From the NCBI GenBank assembly GCA_965287045.1, contig OZ336874.1, forward strand, positions 85,870,001-85,934,000: DNA of 64,000 nucleotides. The letters are read 5' to 3'. The DNA comes from Carcharhinus amblyrhynchos (Eukaryota). This document shows positions 1-10,110 of this stretch, one piece after another (the first letter of the stretch is position 1; each line of letters begins with the position of its first letter). The notes beneath the pieces are model-generated. The model searched no databases. It was not told the origin of the DNA and was given only the letters and a program-made list of their open reading frames with translations. The translations under genes and the position numbers were made by a program.

Positions 1-189
1 AAACTTCAAAAAAGTGTTACTGTTATGACGATGTAACTCAAAGAAGATTTTAACAGAAATTTGCTGCAGAAAAAAGTCTGTGAGGAAAATAAAATACATC
101 AACACCGATAGTGACGGTCACTTTGGTGCACTGTTCTGATAGAAGATTCCCAGCCTAAGCATTTATCCTGTCCTTCCCTCCATTCCTGC

Positions 190-1600
190 ATACCCACTTG
201 ACATTGCCAACACTGTTTAACAGAATGAAAATGGGAGCTATGGTTAAGGTCTGAAGTTATGGAAGTCTTGAGTCCAATAGAAAGATCCAGGCTGTTACTT
301 GAGCTTGTACTGAGCTTCACTGGAGCAGTATATAGAAACCCAAGGATGATACAATTAGAATGACAATGGGAATGGAATCAAGGATTGAAGTGGGAGTTTA
401 GACTTGCAATTGCAGTTGGAATGAAGATATTTAACAAAGTGATCAGCTAATTTACATTTGGTCTTCCTCAATGCAGAGAAGACTGCAACTTAAATAACAA
501 ATACAGCTCCTAAGTTAGAGGACAGAAAATTGTTTTGTCATGTAGAAGATGTGTTCGAGGTCCAGGACCATGATGTGGGTTAAAATAAATGGGCTGTGTT
601 TGATTTGTATTTATATTGGAAGCTGCAGATGAAGGCACATGTATGGCAGGGCTGGAACAGGGTGTCACATGTCATAGAGGTAACAGCCCTTTCGCAATGA
701 TGTTTGAGACGGTGGATAAATGACAGGATGATCTGTCAAATACAGCAGTTGGTAAATTGAGATGCGACTAAACGGTGTTATTTCACCCGGGGGTGGTCAG
801 AGAAGGAATAATGGCAGAGGCACAGGGAATGGAATGAACTCAGTCAGTTTTCCTGTCTACCACCATGGATAAGACTCCTCAGCTGAGGAGAAAGATAGTC
901 TTGTGGAAGCTCTGACATAAAAGCAGCATCATCAGAGCACATGCAATATAGTCAGAAATAGTTGAAGAAGGAAGCAGAGTTCTAAAGCTAGTGGGATGGG
1001 AAGGGGAATAATCCAGATTATTGTCAGATTCAGTGATAATTGTTTTTAGACAATACATCCCAAAGATATAAATATGGTAGAGCCAATGATAGAAAAGTTA
1101 AAGAATGGAAAGGAAGAACCTGAGGTTAGCCATGAGGGTTACAATTCGGTGAAAAATTAATAGAATTTTCAAGATCATGCAAGTGTAGGAGCACAGCATT
1201 CCATGTAACACAAACAGGTCAAAGTGGAACCTAACTCAGAATGGACCGAAAATGGGATTGGAGTTTTGTCAAAAACAAACTGTAGTTATAACAAAGTGGT
1301 ACAATGGTAGCACCCCCTCCTCTGAGATAGAACCTTTGGATTTGAGTCCTATTCTGGGACTTGATGGCCACAGTAGGTGCATTCATAACATGGTCAAACT
1401 CATCCATCTGCAAATATACCTGTGGCAGGTATTCAGAGTGGGAGAGTCTCCTCTCAAACAGAACCTTAAAAACACAATGACAAACCACTGTAGTACCTTG
1501 CCAAGCACAACCATGGATCACAAACGTAAGTCACTGGCTGCCAATGCCCTTTTTGATAACATTTAATGGTATTTGATAATACCAGAGGAGCTAAACAACT
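190..1600 (-). mobile_element. Highly decayed Penelope-like retroelement (RT plus GIY-YIG endonuclease remnants)
   Basis: The minus strand near 425-490 resembles the GIY-YIG 'LYIGETKRxLxDRF' segment. 240-400 resembles the Penelope C-terminus (HFNxxSHSH..LG..CSSEAQ). 960-1260 resembles RT. No intact ORF. Confidence 0.65.
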
Positions 1601-1739
1601 ATATTAGTTGTTGTGCTGACCCAAACCACATAGATTGAGAGGACAACTCTGGGAGATAACAGAAGATATAAATGTGGTTCAGCAGAGACAGCACTTCAGT
1701 TACTTTTGATGATTAGTTCCTGTTTAATTGAAGGAAGTG

Positions 1740-1960
1740 TCAAGTCTAAATAGGTTAACATGAGTGAGGCTTCTGTCGTGTTGGACTGATTCCATCACTT
1801 GTTTTCCACCAGAGGTGAACTGGAGTGTTGTGTGTGTTGTAAGACTCTCTTCTTAGCACTGCAACCAAGAACTGACAAATCACACTGAATGAAAGAAATG
1901 GGGTTGAAATGCTGGTTGAACCTGGAATTTGACTGGAATTCTTTTGGTTGTTTATTGTAA
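1740..1960 (-). mobile_element. Second Penelope-like C-terminal fragment
   Basis: ORF 1795-1983 contains 'QHFNPISFIQCDLSVLG', which resembles the Penelope endonuclease C-terminus. Confidence 0.5.
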
Positions 1961-2085
1961 AAATGCACTTCCACAGACTTCATTAGTGAACATAAAAGGT
2001 ATTTATTTATGAATAAGAATTATGTAGCATTCACATGGCTATCATTAGCTCCTAAAATGCCTCTGCCTAGGATCCTCTCTGAGCA

Positions 2086-3080
2086 TGGGTTGGATTTTAC
2101 CTTCAAATTGCGCCTGCTCTTGGACACGAAAAATTAGTAAAGTTGGTCGTGAGGCAAGTAATGCGATCTGAGCCTGCATCCATGCTGATTCCTCCTTTAC
2201 CAAGGCCCGAAAATAGCCGCAATCAGGACCAGGCCCGAAATGGGCGCAATGGCCATTTAAATGCATTTGAATTGACTTAATGGGCTGTCCAACCTTACCA
2301 GCACTTCCCCCTTTACCACCACGTTCATCCATCCAGAATCGGCACGGAACAGCCATGCTCTACAAAAGTCCAATTTGGGCGCTCCAGCTAGTGAGGAGAT
2401 AACTGCCGAGCGTTCAATGGCTCTCTGCTTGAGGTCGGTGGGGGGAGGGTGGGGATGGGGGTGGATCCGCTGCTACTCTGCCTGTGATCAGTGAGGGGGA
2501 GGTGGGGGGTTTGTTGCCACTCTGCCTGTGATCAGTGAGGTGGAGGGGGGATGTCCGTTGCCATACTGCCTGTGATCAGTGAGGGGGCAGGGGTTGGATC
2601 CACTGCCACTCTGCCTGTGATCAGTGAGGGGGAGGTGTGGGGTCCGTTGCCACTCTGCCTGTGATCAGTGAGAGGGAGGTGGGGAGTCCGTTGCCGCTCT
2701 GCCTGTGATTGGTGTGGGGAAGGGGGCCATGATCGGTTTGGACGGCAGGTGAGTGGGTGGACAAGAGGGTTAGTAATGTCATGGGAGGTGGGGCAATGTC
2801 ACTGGGGGCTAAGGGAGGCATTATTAAGCCCAGGAACAATGTGGCAGGGGAGCCACATTTTATCATTTTTTTTCTGCGCACGTGCAGTTGAAGGCTCCAA
2901 TCGGAGCTGCAGGGTTTTGAACGCGTTAAATCCTGCCCACAGACTTCTACAGTGAGATCTGGAATTGCTGCTATTTTTTCAGGCAGAGTGCATATGGGGG
3001 CACCTGAGAACGGTTCTAAAAATCAGATCTGAAACACCCTCAGTTTCAAGCCTGCCGAGCACTTCGGATCAAAATCTTCA
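2086..3080. mobile_element. GC-rich non-autonomous TIR-type element carrying an internal minisatellite
   Basis: Starts TGGGTTGGATTTTAC and ends near CAAAATCTTC. Abrupt rise in GC/CpG. Same terminal motif as other elements in the window. Confidence 0.5.
2468..2725 (+). repeat. Minisatellite, about 6 copies of a ~44-bp unit (GCCACTCTGCCTGTGATCAGTGAGGGGG...)
   Basis: Directly visible tandem units with core CTGCCTGTGATCAGTGAG at about 44-bp spacing. Confidence 0.9.
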
Positions 3081-3109
3081 ATAACTAGTTCACTCAGTTC
3101 TAAATGCTA

Positions 3110-5770
3110 ACTAAACATTATGTACATGAGTTGGACAATTATTAATCAAGTCTTGGAGGAGGTCTTCTATTTCTTGTAGAGTGGTGTAAATCTGTTGTCT
3201 GAAATGCTTCCACAGGATCAACATTAACAGGAATGACAATAACAATTGCCCCTTTTGGCACAGGCAGTTCATCAGTATTTGCTTCCATGGATACGTCAGT
3301 TAAGTTAATAACAAGTTGAGCACTTTGTGTTTGTGGGTTTGAAAACATTTCTTGATGGCAACACTGACTGCTACTACTCAAGTGGTCCACACATTTACGA
3401 ATGATCTGACCCTCCAAGACCACCTGGTACGAAAGGAGTTCGGTCTTAGAGATAATAATTCAACTTGATCCACTAATTAAGTTCTTCAAGTATCCAGCAT
3501 AATTTACCATAAATGGTTGTGCTGCACTATGTGAATCATGGCTTGCTATCTGGTCACTTTGGCTGGCTTCTGCCCTCTCGGGCAAAATTGGAAATGTGAG
3601 GCTTAGTCTCATTCTGAGACACAGTAAGAAGTCTCACAACACCAGGTTAAAGTCCAACAGTGTTATTTGGAGTGATTTGAAGGGTGCACTTCTTTTTCTT
3701 GAGGTGAACTCCAGCCTCCTAAAATCTTTTTAACACCTCTTGCTAGATGCTCAGCCTCCATCAATCCAGTTAAATGGACAATATCAAGGTATACCACAAC
3801 CCGTGGTAGCCCTTGTGGCAGACTTTCCATTACCCCGTGGAATATTGGACATACCGAAGACACACCAAAAGGCAAGCATATATATACTGGAATAAGCCTT
3901 TGTGTTTGTTTATGGTGACATACTCCCAGGAAGCATAATCCAATTTTCAGTTGCTGATACACACGACTCATAAACTTCGTGTAAGATTGAACTCCTGCCA
4001 GCTTTGCACGCAGGTCTTCGGTTCAGTATGTTGGCCTGATTAACTGTTAGCTTATAATCGCTGTTATTGTGGATGATCTTGCCAGTTTCAATGTGGAAGC
4101 TGTAGATGCTGTCCATTCCGAGAACGGAACCAGCTAGATAAAGCCTAATTCTTCCAATCTATTTATCAGTATTCATTTTCTCTCCTCAGGCATTTTGCCC
4201 TAAAGATTCAGGGAATCGTCTCTGGATCCACATAAGTTATAGCTTGTAGCCATTTCTTTTTGCCTAATTTATCACAGAGACATTCTCACAATTCTTATCA
4301 ATCCAGGCAGTCCCTCTTCCCACACCTGAAAAGTCTCAGTCCATTTCTACTTGAATTCCTAAAGCCAATTGTGACCAAGAAGACTTGGTCCTTCACCTAC
4401 CACTGTTATCACTGGGGGCTGGGTAGACTGTTGTCCGTAGTGTACAGGTACCATTGAGGTGCCTTTTGTTTTTATTGCTTCTCCCCTGTCTTCAACCTGG
4501 CAGAAGTGCTCTTCTTGTTCAATGGTTGGACTTCATCATTTAGGTACTGAATTGTATGTTCATCCATCACAGTGACTGATGCCCTTTTATCCACTTCCAT
4601 TTTAAAAGGCTTCCCTTTACCTGGAGCATTACAGTTAAAGGGTCTATCTTGCCTGATTTTAGATTAAAAAGAGAATGAACACCGGAATCATTCATACTAC
4701 ACTGCATACTTGCAACACCTTTGTTGATCAATTACTCAGTGACCTTGATCTAACTCTGAACTGCTTTATCAAGTGCCCTCTTTCGTGACAATAAAAACAC
4801 TCAGCCTTCTTAAACCAACATGATTCAGGAATAGTACATCCACATGGGTGACATTCACTTTAAGCATTACTGACTGACTGCCGACTCTGTAACTTTTTGT
4901 TTTCTTGGTGGCTGAAAATGTTTTCTGCATCATGGCTGCTTTCGCAGTTTTGACGCCATAGCTGGCTGCAGGTTCCTGCCCTAACTGGTAAACTATTTTG
5001 TGCACTCTGCAACTCTTGTGCACCTTTCCCAATACTTTTTATGGCCAACACTATCTCCATTGCTCATTTAAAAATTATGTCAACCTCTGCAAGCAACCTG
5101 CTTCGAATAACATTGTTGCTCAAGCACAGACTAACCGATCCCGTAATATGTTATATATGGTGGCTCCAAAGTCACAATACTACAATAATTGCTTCAGGTC
5201 AGCACTATAAGATGAAAGTCCAAGTTCCACAAACACTTAGGAGAATTGCTTTGCGTTTTTCCTCCTCTACTTCTTGCTTGGAAACACCATGCAAGGCATT
5301 TGATGTATTGGGCTGTATATTATGGCCTTGATTGTCCCAAAACCATAAAATCTTGCCCAAGGTCATTGGACCTTCCCATTGTCTGGCCCTTGACTGCTCC
5401 AATTCCCATGGCGTTTGGGGTGGTAAAATTCAGGCCATTATGTCTAAGCTCCGTAGAGGAGTCAAATGGGTCTATTCACCCAAAGAGAGGCATTCTAGTG
5501 AGTACTTTTGTTTCTCAGACTTTGATGAAAATAGGATCTGCACAGATGTCAGACTAGGGCAGTGTCAGGATAACTTTTTCTCCTTCCAAGATGTAAAGAT
5601 GTACTTTCACAGACTCCACTAGGGAGTATAAAAAGTACTTATCAAGAAGAATTGTACAGCAACTGCCTGGCAGGAGTTAGATCCCAAAATATCTCTGCCT
5701 GGATTCCAGCTTCTGAAGCCTGATTGATCACCCGGATCAGGTGACCCTTACTCTGCTGTTGCCATTGAAG
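3110..5770 (-). mobile_element. Decayed Ty3/Gypsy LTR retrotransposon internal region (gag-PR-RT, integrase C-terminus), internally deleted
   Basis: Gag start ATG at 5493 (MPLFGxIDPFD) and 'KRKAILLSVCG'. Protease-like 'MEVDKRASVTV' near 4600. RT 'LPFGVSS...VVVYLDIV' in ORF 3663-3971. Integrase C-terminus 'IIRKCVDHL'. PBS-like TGGCAACAG near 5765. Confidence 0.85.
5323..5437. mobile_element. 115-bp MITE (PIF/Harbinger, Tourist-like) inserted in Gypsy gag
   Basis: Imperfect TIRs TGGCCTTGATT and AATTCAGGCCA, flanked by TTA at 5320-5322 and 5438-5440. Confidence 0.65.
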
Positions 5771-6017
5771 GGATAATCACCAGGCAGACCTAATGCTATC
5801 CTGCCAGAACCATCAGATCACTACATATTATTGGAATTCTTTTGCTAAAGAAAAGTGGGAATTACTGCCAATTGGATAAATCTTTCATTTTTAACTGGAA
5901 TAAAAGGTGATCACTCTCTAAACAATGTTCCATGCAAACAAAAAGCTGGTTTTAGTAAAGCAAGTACATTGGAAAACTTTTAAAAAGTATATAAAATAGC
6001 ATGGGTGAGATTGTCAG

Positions 6018-6951
6018 CCAACATTCAGCAGAATAAGATGAATGTAATAATGGAACCTTTGTCATTGTCAGCATAACTATAGCAGGTTGATTTCTTTGTA
6101 ATTGTAATTGCTTTCTGAAAAAGTGATGCCACCAAAAATAACAGCCTGAGGACATCTTTCTGCTATGTGTACTATATTGTCAAGGTATAGCGATAAGAGA
6201 ACAATTCCTCGTTATTTCCTATAATAATGGTACTGCAAGGGTTAGTTTGTATGAATTTTTAGTCTCCAGATTATATCCAGTAGTTTTTTTCTATGTTGCC
6301 ACCTCCACCTTGGAGACATCTATCTCATTCCTTCTTGAAGCCTCAGTCTTTGCTTGCATTCATTGCCATTTCATATGCATGCGGGCATGGTGCCACACTG
6401 ACTTTTAACCCTGATGGAGAAATGCTCAAGTTGACTGCAGACCTCTAGGGAACAGAGAGCTCTAATGGCAATTTGAGTGTAAAATCTGGTCTCTCAGAAA
6501 GGTCAGCACATCTGCATAAGCCCCCTGAGCCAGGCTTAGAGCCCTGTCTGCCTTCAACCAAAGAGGCATTTTCTCTTGTCTTAAGGCTGCTTTAGTTTGA
6601 GGTACAAGAAACACATGATAGAATCAGGGGAACTGAGTGATGTTTGTGTATGTTTGACTGCACTCTACATCCTAAAAGGAGACTCTTGAGAAACACAATC
6701 AATACCACAAACATGTCCTGCACAAAACAACTATGTTATTTCATTCTGTCAAAATAATGAATCGAGGCGTTTGTAACAACCAGACACCTTCATTCAGTTA
6801 TGGGTTTGCAGCTGTTCGTAACCTCTTACCTCTGTTACTAATCATTTCTAATTTTAAATTCACAGAAAAGCAGAAGACTATTGCTACAGTAATATTGCTT
6901 GTACAATACATGGTTCCATTATTACTTTCATCTTATTCTGCTGAATGTTGG
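6018..6951. repeat. Inverted repeat pair (40-bp arms, 39/40 identical) bracketing 934 bp
   Basis: 6018-6057 CCAACATTCAGCAGAATAAGATGAATGTAATAATGGAACC is the reverse complement of 6912-6951 with one mismatch. Confidence 0.85.
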
Positions 6952-7154
6952 TAAGAAGTGCACTGGACATCCATATAAACATAATACGCTGCTATAAGAT
7001 TATGGCAAGATCTCTTAATGCCTGATTATAAAATGCACATTTGGTAAACTGAAAGGATATTCAAGGAATTCAAATTGAATCCTGTAAATTAGCAGTTTGT
7101 CAAGAAGGTAGAAAGCACAAATACTTTGTAGGGATAAAAGGAAAGAAAAAAATC

Positions 7155-7330
7155 TTAAATAGGAACTATTGGAAATGCAAAGTAGGTTCAGTAGAAACTG
7201 TGAAGAGAAAAGCCCATTTAATGTATTAGGTGTATACCGTTTGTCAGCAAAGGATCTCTATCCAAAACATTGACCTGTCTTTCTTCCACAAATGATGGTG
7301 GACCTGTTGAATATGTTGTTTCTGATTACA
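7155..7330. repeat. Degenerate palindromic Penelope-associated terminal repeat
   Basis: The GGAAAT..AGGT...CTGTGAAGAG arm and the TCTTCCACAAATG...GACCTGTTGAATAT arm are roughly reverse complements. Related to 16875-16975 and 32590-32685. Confidence 0.5.
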
Positions 7331-7488
7331 AATGCCTGCTAATTCAACACCTAAAAGAAAGTATCAAAATGAACACACTGACCTGAAAATTGCATAATTA
7401 ACGATGGATGTGGGGTACAGCAGGGATCCACAGAGAAGATAAATGATGGTTTTACATTCTACAGACTGGCTGCTTCTTTTGTTTTTAC

Positions 7489-7746
7489 CCTATGATTTTG
7501 ATAAGGCAGTCTGAGAGAGTGACTTCAGGAAATTCTACACGATGTGCCCCGGTAGGTCCCACAGAACCTTCATCTGTTGAGAGCAAATGTTGGGCTTGTT
7601 CTGGACTTAAATGGTGGCCTACGGCTACAGCGGCAGATATGGCAAGCAATCCCAGGAAGAGCTGTTGCCACTTTTGATAAGACCCACTACTTCTTGGGGG
7701 AGGGGGGCATAATTGTTTTGGCATAAATGATAGGGAAATCTGACTT
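7489..7746 (-). CDS. Candidate coding exon of an unidentified gene (hydrophobic stretch LFLGLLAISAAVAVG)
   Basis: Preceded by branch-like GGCTAAC, a pyrimidine tract and CAG. Open 258-nt frame, GG|GTAAAA donor. Phase-compatible with 7841-7909. Confidence 0.3.
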
Positions 7747-7840
7747 CTGAGGACTTGACAAGATAAAACAGGAAGGGATCATAGTTAGCCAGCTGAATAA
7801 TTTGTTCATTTACTTCATAAAGTGTAGTATTTAAAGTTAC

Positions 7841-7909
7841 CTGGAAGGTTTCTTCAGGGTATCCATTTTTTTTTCTGCATTTTCTTGCAGGTTGGCTAGA
7901 TCATAGACT
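7841..7909 (-). CDS. Candidate upstream exon (VYDLANLQENAEKKMDTLKKPS)
   Basis: CAG|GTAACT donor at 7840, 94-nt intron, in-frame ATG at 7866. The acceptor is weak. Confidence 0.25.
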
Positions 7910-8309
7910 CTGAGTTAATTCTGTTAATCAGCTCTGGCCAAGCAACCTAAATAGTCTTTTTGCACCAGGGTACACTGGCGTGCAAGCGAGGGCACCCTTC
8001 AATATTTCTGTTCCTGCAAGATGGCCTCCAAAGTATCAGAAAATTAAGGAAATCTATTCCTTCTCCCATCCATGTTCTCTGTTATGCACAACAAAAATTA
8101 CATTGAGCTTCTTATTTAAATAGCAGCCACAGCCTTTAACCATTCTAAAATCGAGTGCTAATTGGTTCATATATGGTTAAAATATTCTTTCTGCCATGAA
8201 GGAAAGTATAATGGTACAATAATATAGCAACTGCTGGTTTGTCCAACCCTTAAGGCTGTATACTAAATTATAGGTTATTTGTACCAGAAATGTATTCCTG
8301 ATTATGTCA

Positions 8310-8690
8310 GTGATTTGATTTGATTTTGATTTGATTTATTATTGTCATATGTATTAACATACAGTGAAAAGCTTTGTTTCTTGAGCGCCATACAGACAAA
8401 GCATATCATTCATAGAGAAGGAAATGAGACAGTGCAAAATGTAGTGTTATAATCATGGCCAGGGTGTAGAGAAAGATCAACTTGATGCAAGGTAAGTCCA
8501 TTCAACATGAGCAGGGAAAAGGCTGTTTTTGAGTCGGTTGGCATGTGACCTCAGACTTTTGTATCTTTTTCCCAAAGGAAGAAGATGGAAGAGAGAATGT
8601 CTGGAATGTGTGGCGTCCTTAATTATGCTGGCTGTTTTGTCGGGGCAGAGGAAAATGTAGACAGAGTCAATGGCTGGGAGGCTGGTTTAT
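8310..8690 (-). mobile_element. Rex1/Babar-type LINE, 3' fragment
   Basis: (ATCAA)n tail. Minus frame resembles 'IIKDxTHxxHSLFHLLPxGKRYKSLRS'. Homologous to 49505 and 61962. Confidence 0.8.
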
Positions 8691-10110
8691 AGGTACATTA
8701 TAGATCAGTGATTGTGTCAGTCAAGATGAATGAACCTCAAAATGTGTAATCATTGCACCACTTTGAACAAAGTGTGGTAATTTAGATGTTAAAACTTCCT
8801 TGACCTTATACACTGGGTTTAACTGAATGTATTTAGGGCTTAAAAAAGATTTTTAATCAGTAGAATTAGTGATATTGTGAAACATATAGCTGAGAGGATG
8901 AAAATAATTTCACAATAAGCTATGATAATATGCTGTAATGAGAAAAGCTTACTGATTTGTTTAGGATCATTTCCAAAGTTGCTTTTATTGCACTAATTGG
9001 ATGAAGCCATTATTTTATAAAGCTGTCGATTATAAGGTAGGCTGAGATGAAAAAAGCCCTTCAACCCATTTGATCATGTCCTTTAGGAATAACAATGCTA
9101 TATTTTCCCATTGCAACACATCGCTCTTCCTTAGTTACCTGCTCTCAACTATGCTGGCAACTTGCTCTTGAGTTGACTCCTTCATCTCTAGAAATGTTTC
9201 CTGACATTTGTGCTAAATGTTCTCTTTACACCATGAATATGTCTTTGTCATGATAACCTGGCATATCTGAAATTATCATTGCAGATTAATTTAAAACATG
9301 ATGGCTGTAGAAAGAAGCCTGAACAGAGGGAGTTGACAGAAGGCTGCTTTAGTGATAGGAAGCCAATGTCCAGTGGTTTACCACAGAGATCAGTGTTGGG
9401 CCTCCTATTATTTGTTATTTATATAAGTGACATTGATGACTATAGGGGAGTAGGATTAGTAAGTTTGTGGATGACACAAAGATTGGACGGGTGGCTATCA
9501 GTGAGGCAGAGCGTCTTGGGCTACAAGAAGATATAGACGGAAGAGTCAAATTGGCAGATAAGTGGCAGATGGAATTCAACCCTGAAAAGTGTGAGGTGAT
9601 ACACTTCGGAAGGAGTAATTTGACAAGGAAATATTCAGTGAAGAGTAGGACACTAGGAAGTTGTGGAACGAATGGACTTCGGCATGTTCGTAAACAGATC
9701 TCTGAAAGCAGAAGGGCATGTTAGTAAGGTGGTGAAAAGGCTTATGGGACACTGCCTTTATCAGTCCAGGCAACTATGACATAAACAGGGAAGTCATATG
9801 GAGTTGTATAGAATTTTGGTGAGGCCACAGCTTAGACTACTGTGTGCAATTCTGGTTGCCACATTATTGGAAGGATGTAATTGCAATGGAGAGGCTGCAG
9901 GGGAGAATCATCAGGATGCTGCCTGGGATGGAACATTTAAGTTATAAAGGGAGGTTGCTATGCTTGATTTGTTTTCGTTGGAGCTGAGAAGATGCGAGGG
10001 GTGACCTGAAAGAGGGATTTAAGAACATAAGAAATAGGAGCAGGAGTAGGCTATCTAGCCCTTCGAGCCTGCTCCGCCATTCAATAAGATCATGGCTGAT
10101 CTGAAGTGGA

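Noticed and set aside
2468-2725. CRISPR-like repeat-spacer array
   Set aside because: The inter-repeat segments are similar G-rich sequences, not unique spacers. Eukaryotic context with no cas genes.
6866-6950. + strand exon-like segment (KQKTIATVILLVQYMVPLLLSSYSAEC)
   Set aside because: It overlaps the inverted-repeat arm, and splicing to the 14750 exon would create TGA.
6300-7746. DIRS retrotransposon remnant (weak 'WQQLFLGLLA' and 'DVLTFL' similarity)
   Set aside because: None of the expected RNase H or methyltransferase motifs were found between the two segments.
7891-8125. + strand acceptor followed by a frame with one in-frame TGA (7911), suggesting selenocysteine
   Set aside because: No resemblance to a known selenoprotein, no SECIS recognised, and no donor. 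The T-run is equally explained by the minus-strand model.
8966-9036. + strand exon-like segment with AG/GT borders (similar case at about 41955-42030, minus)
   Set aside because: All three frames contain stops, so it could only be non-coding, and there is no other support.
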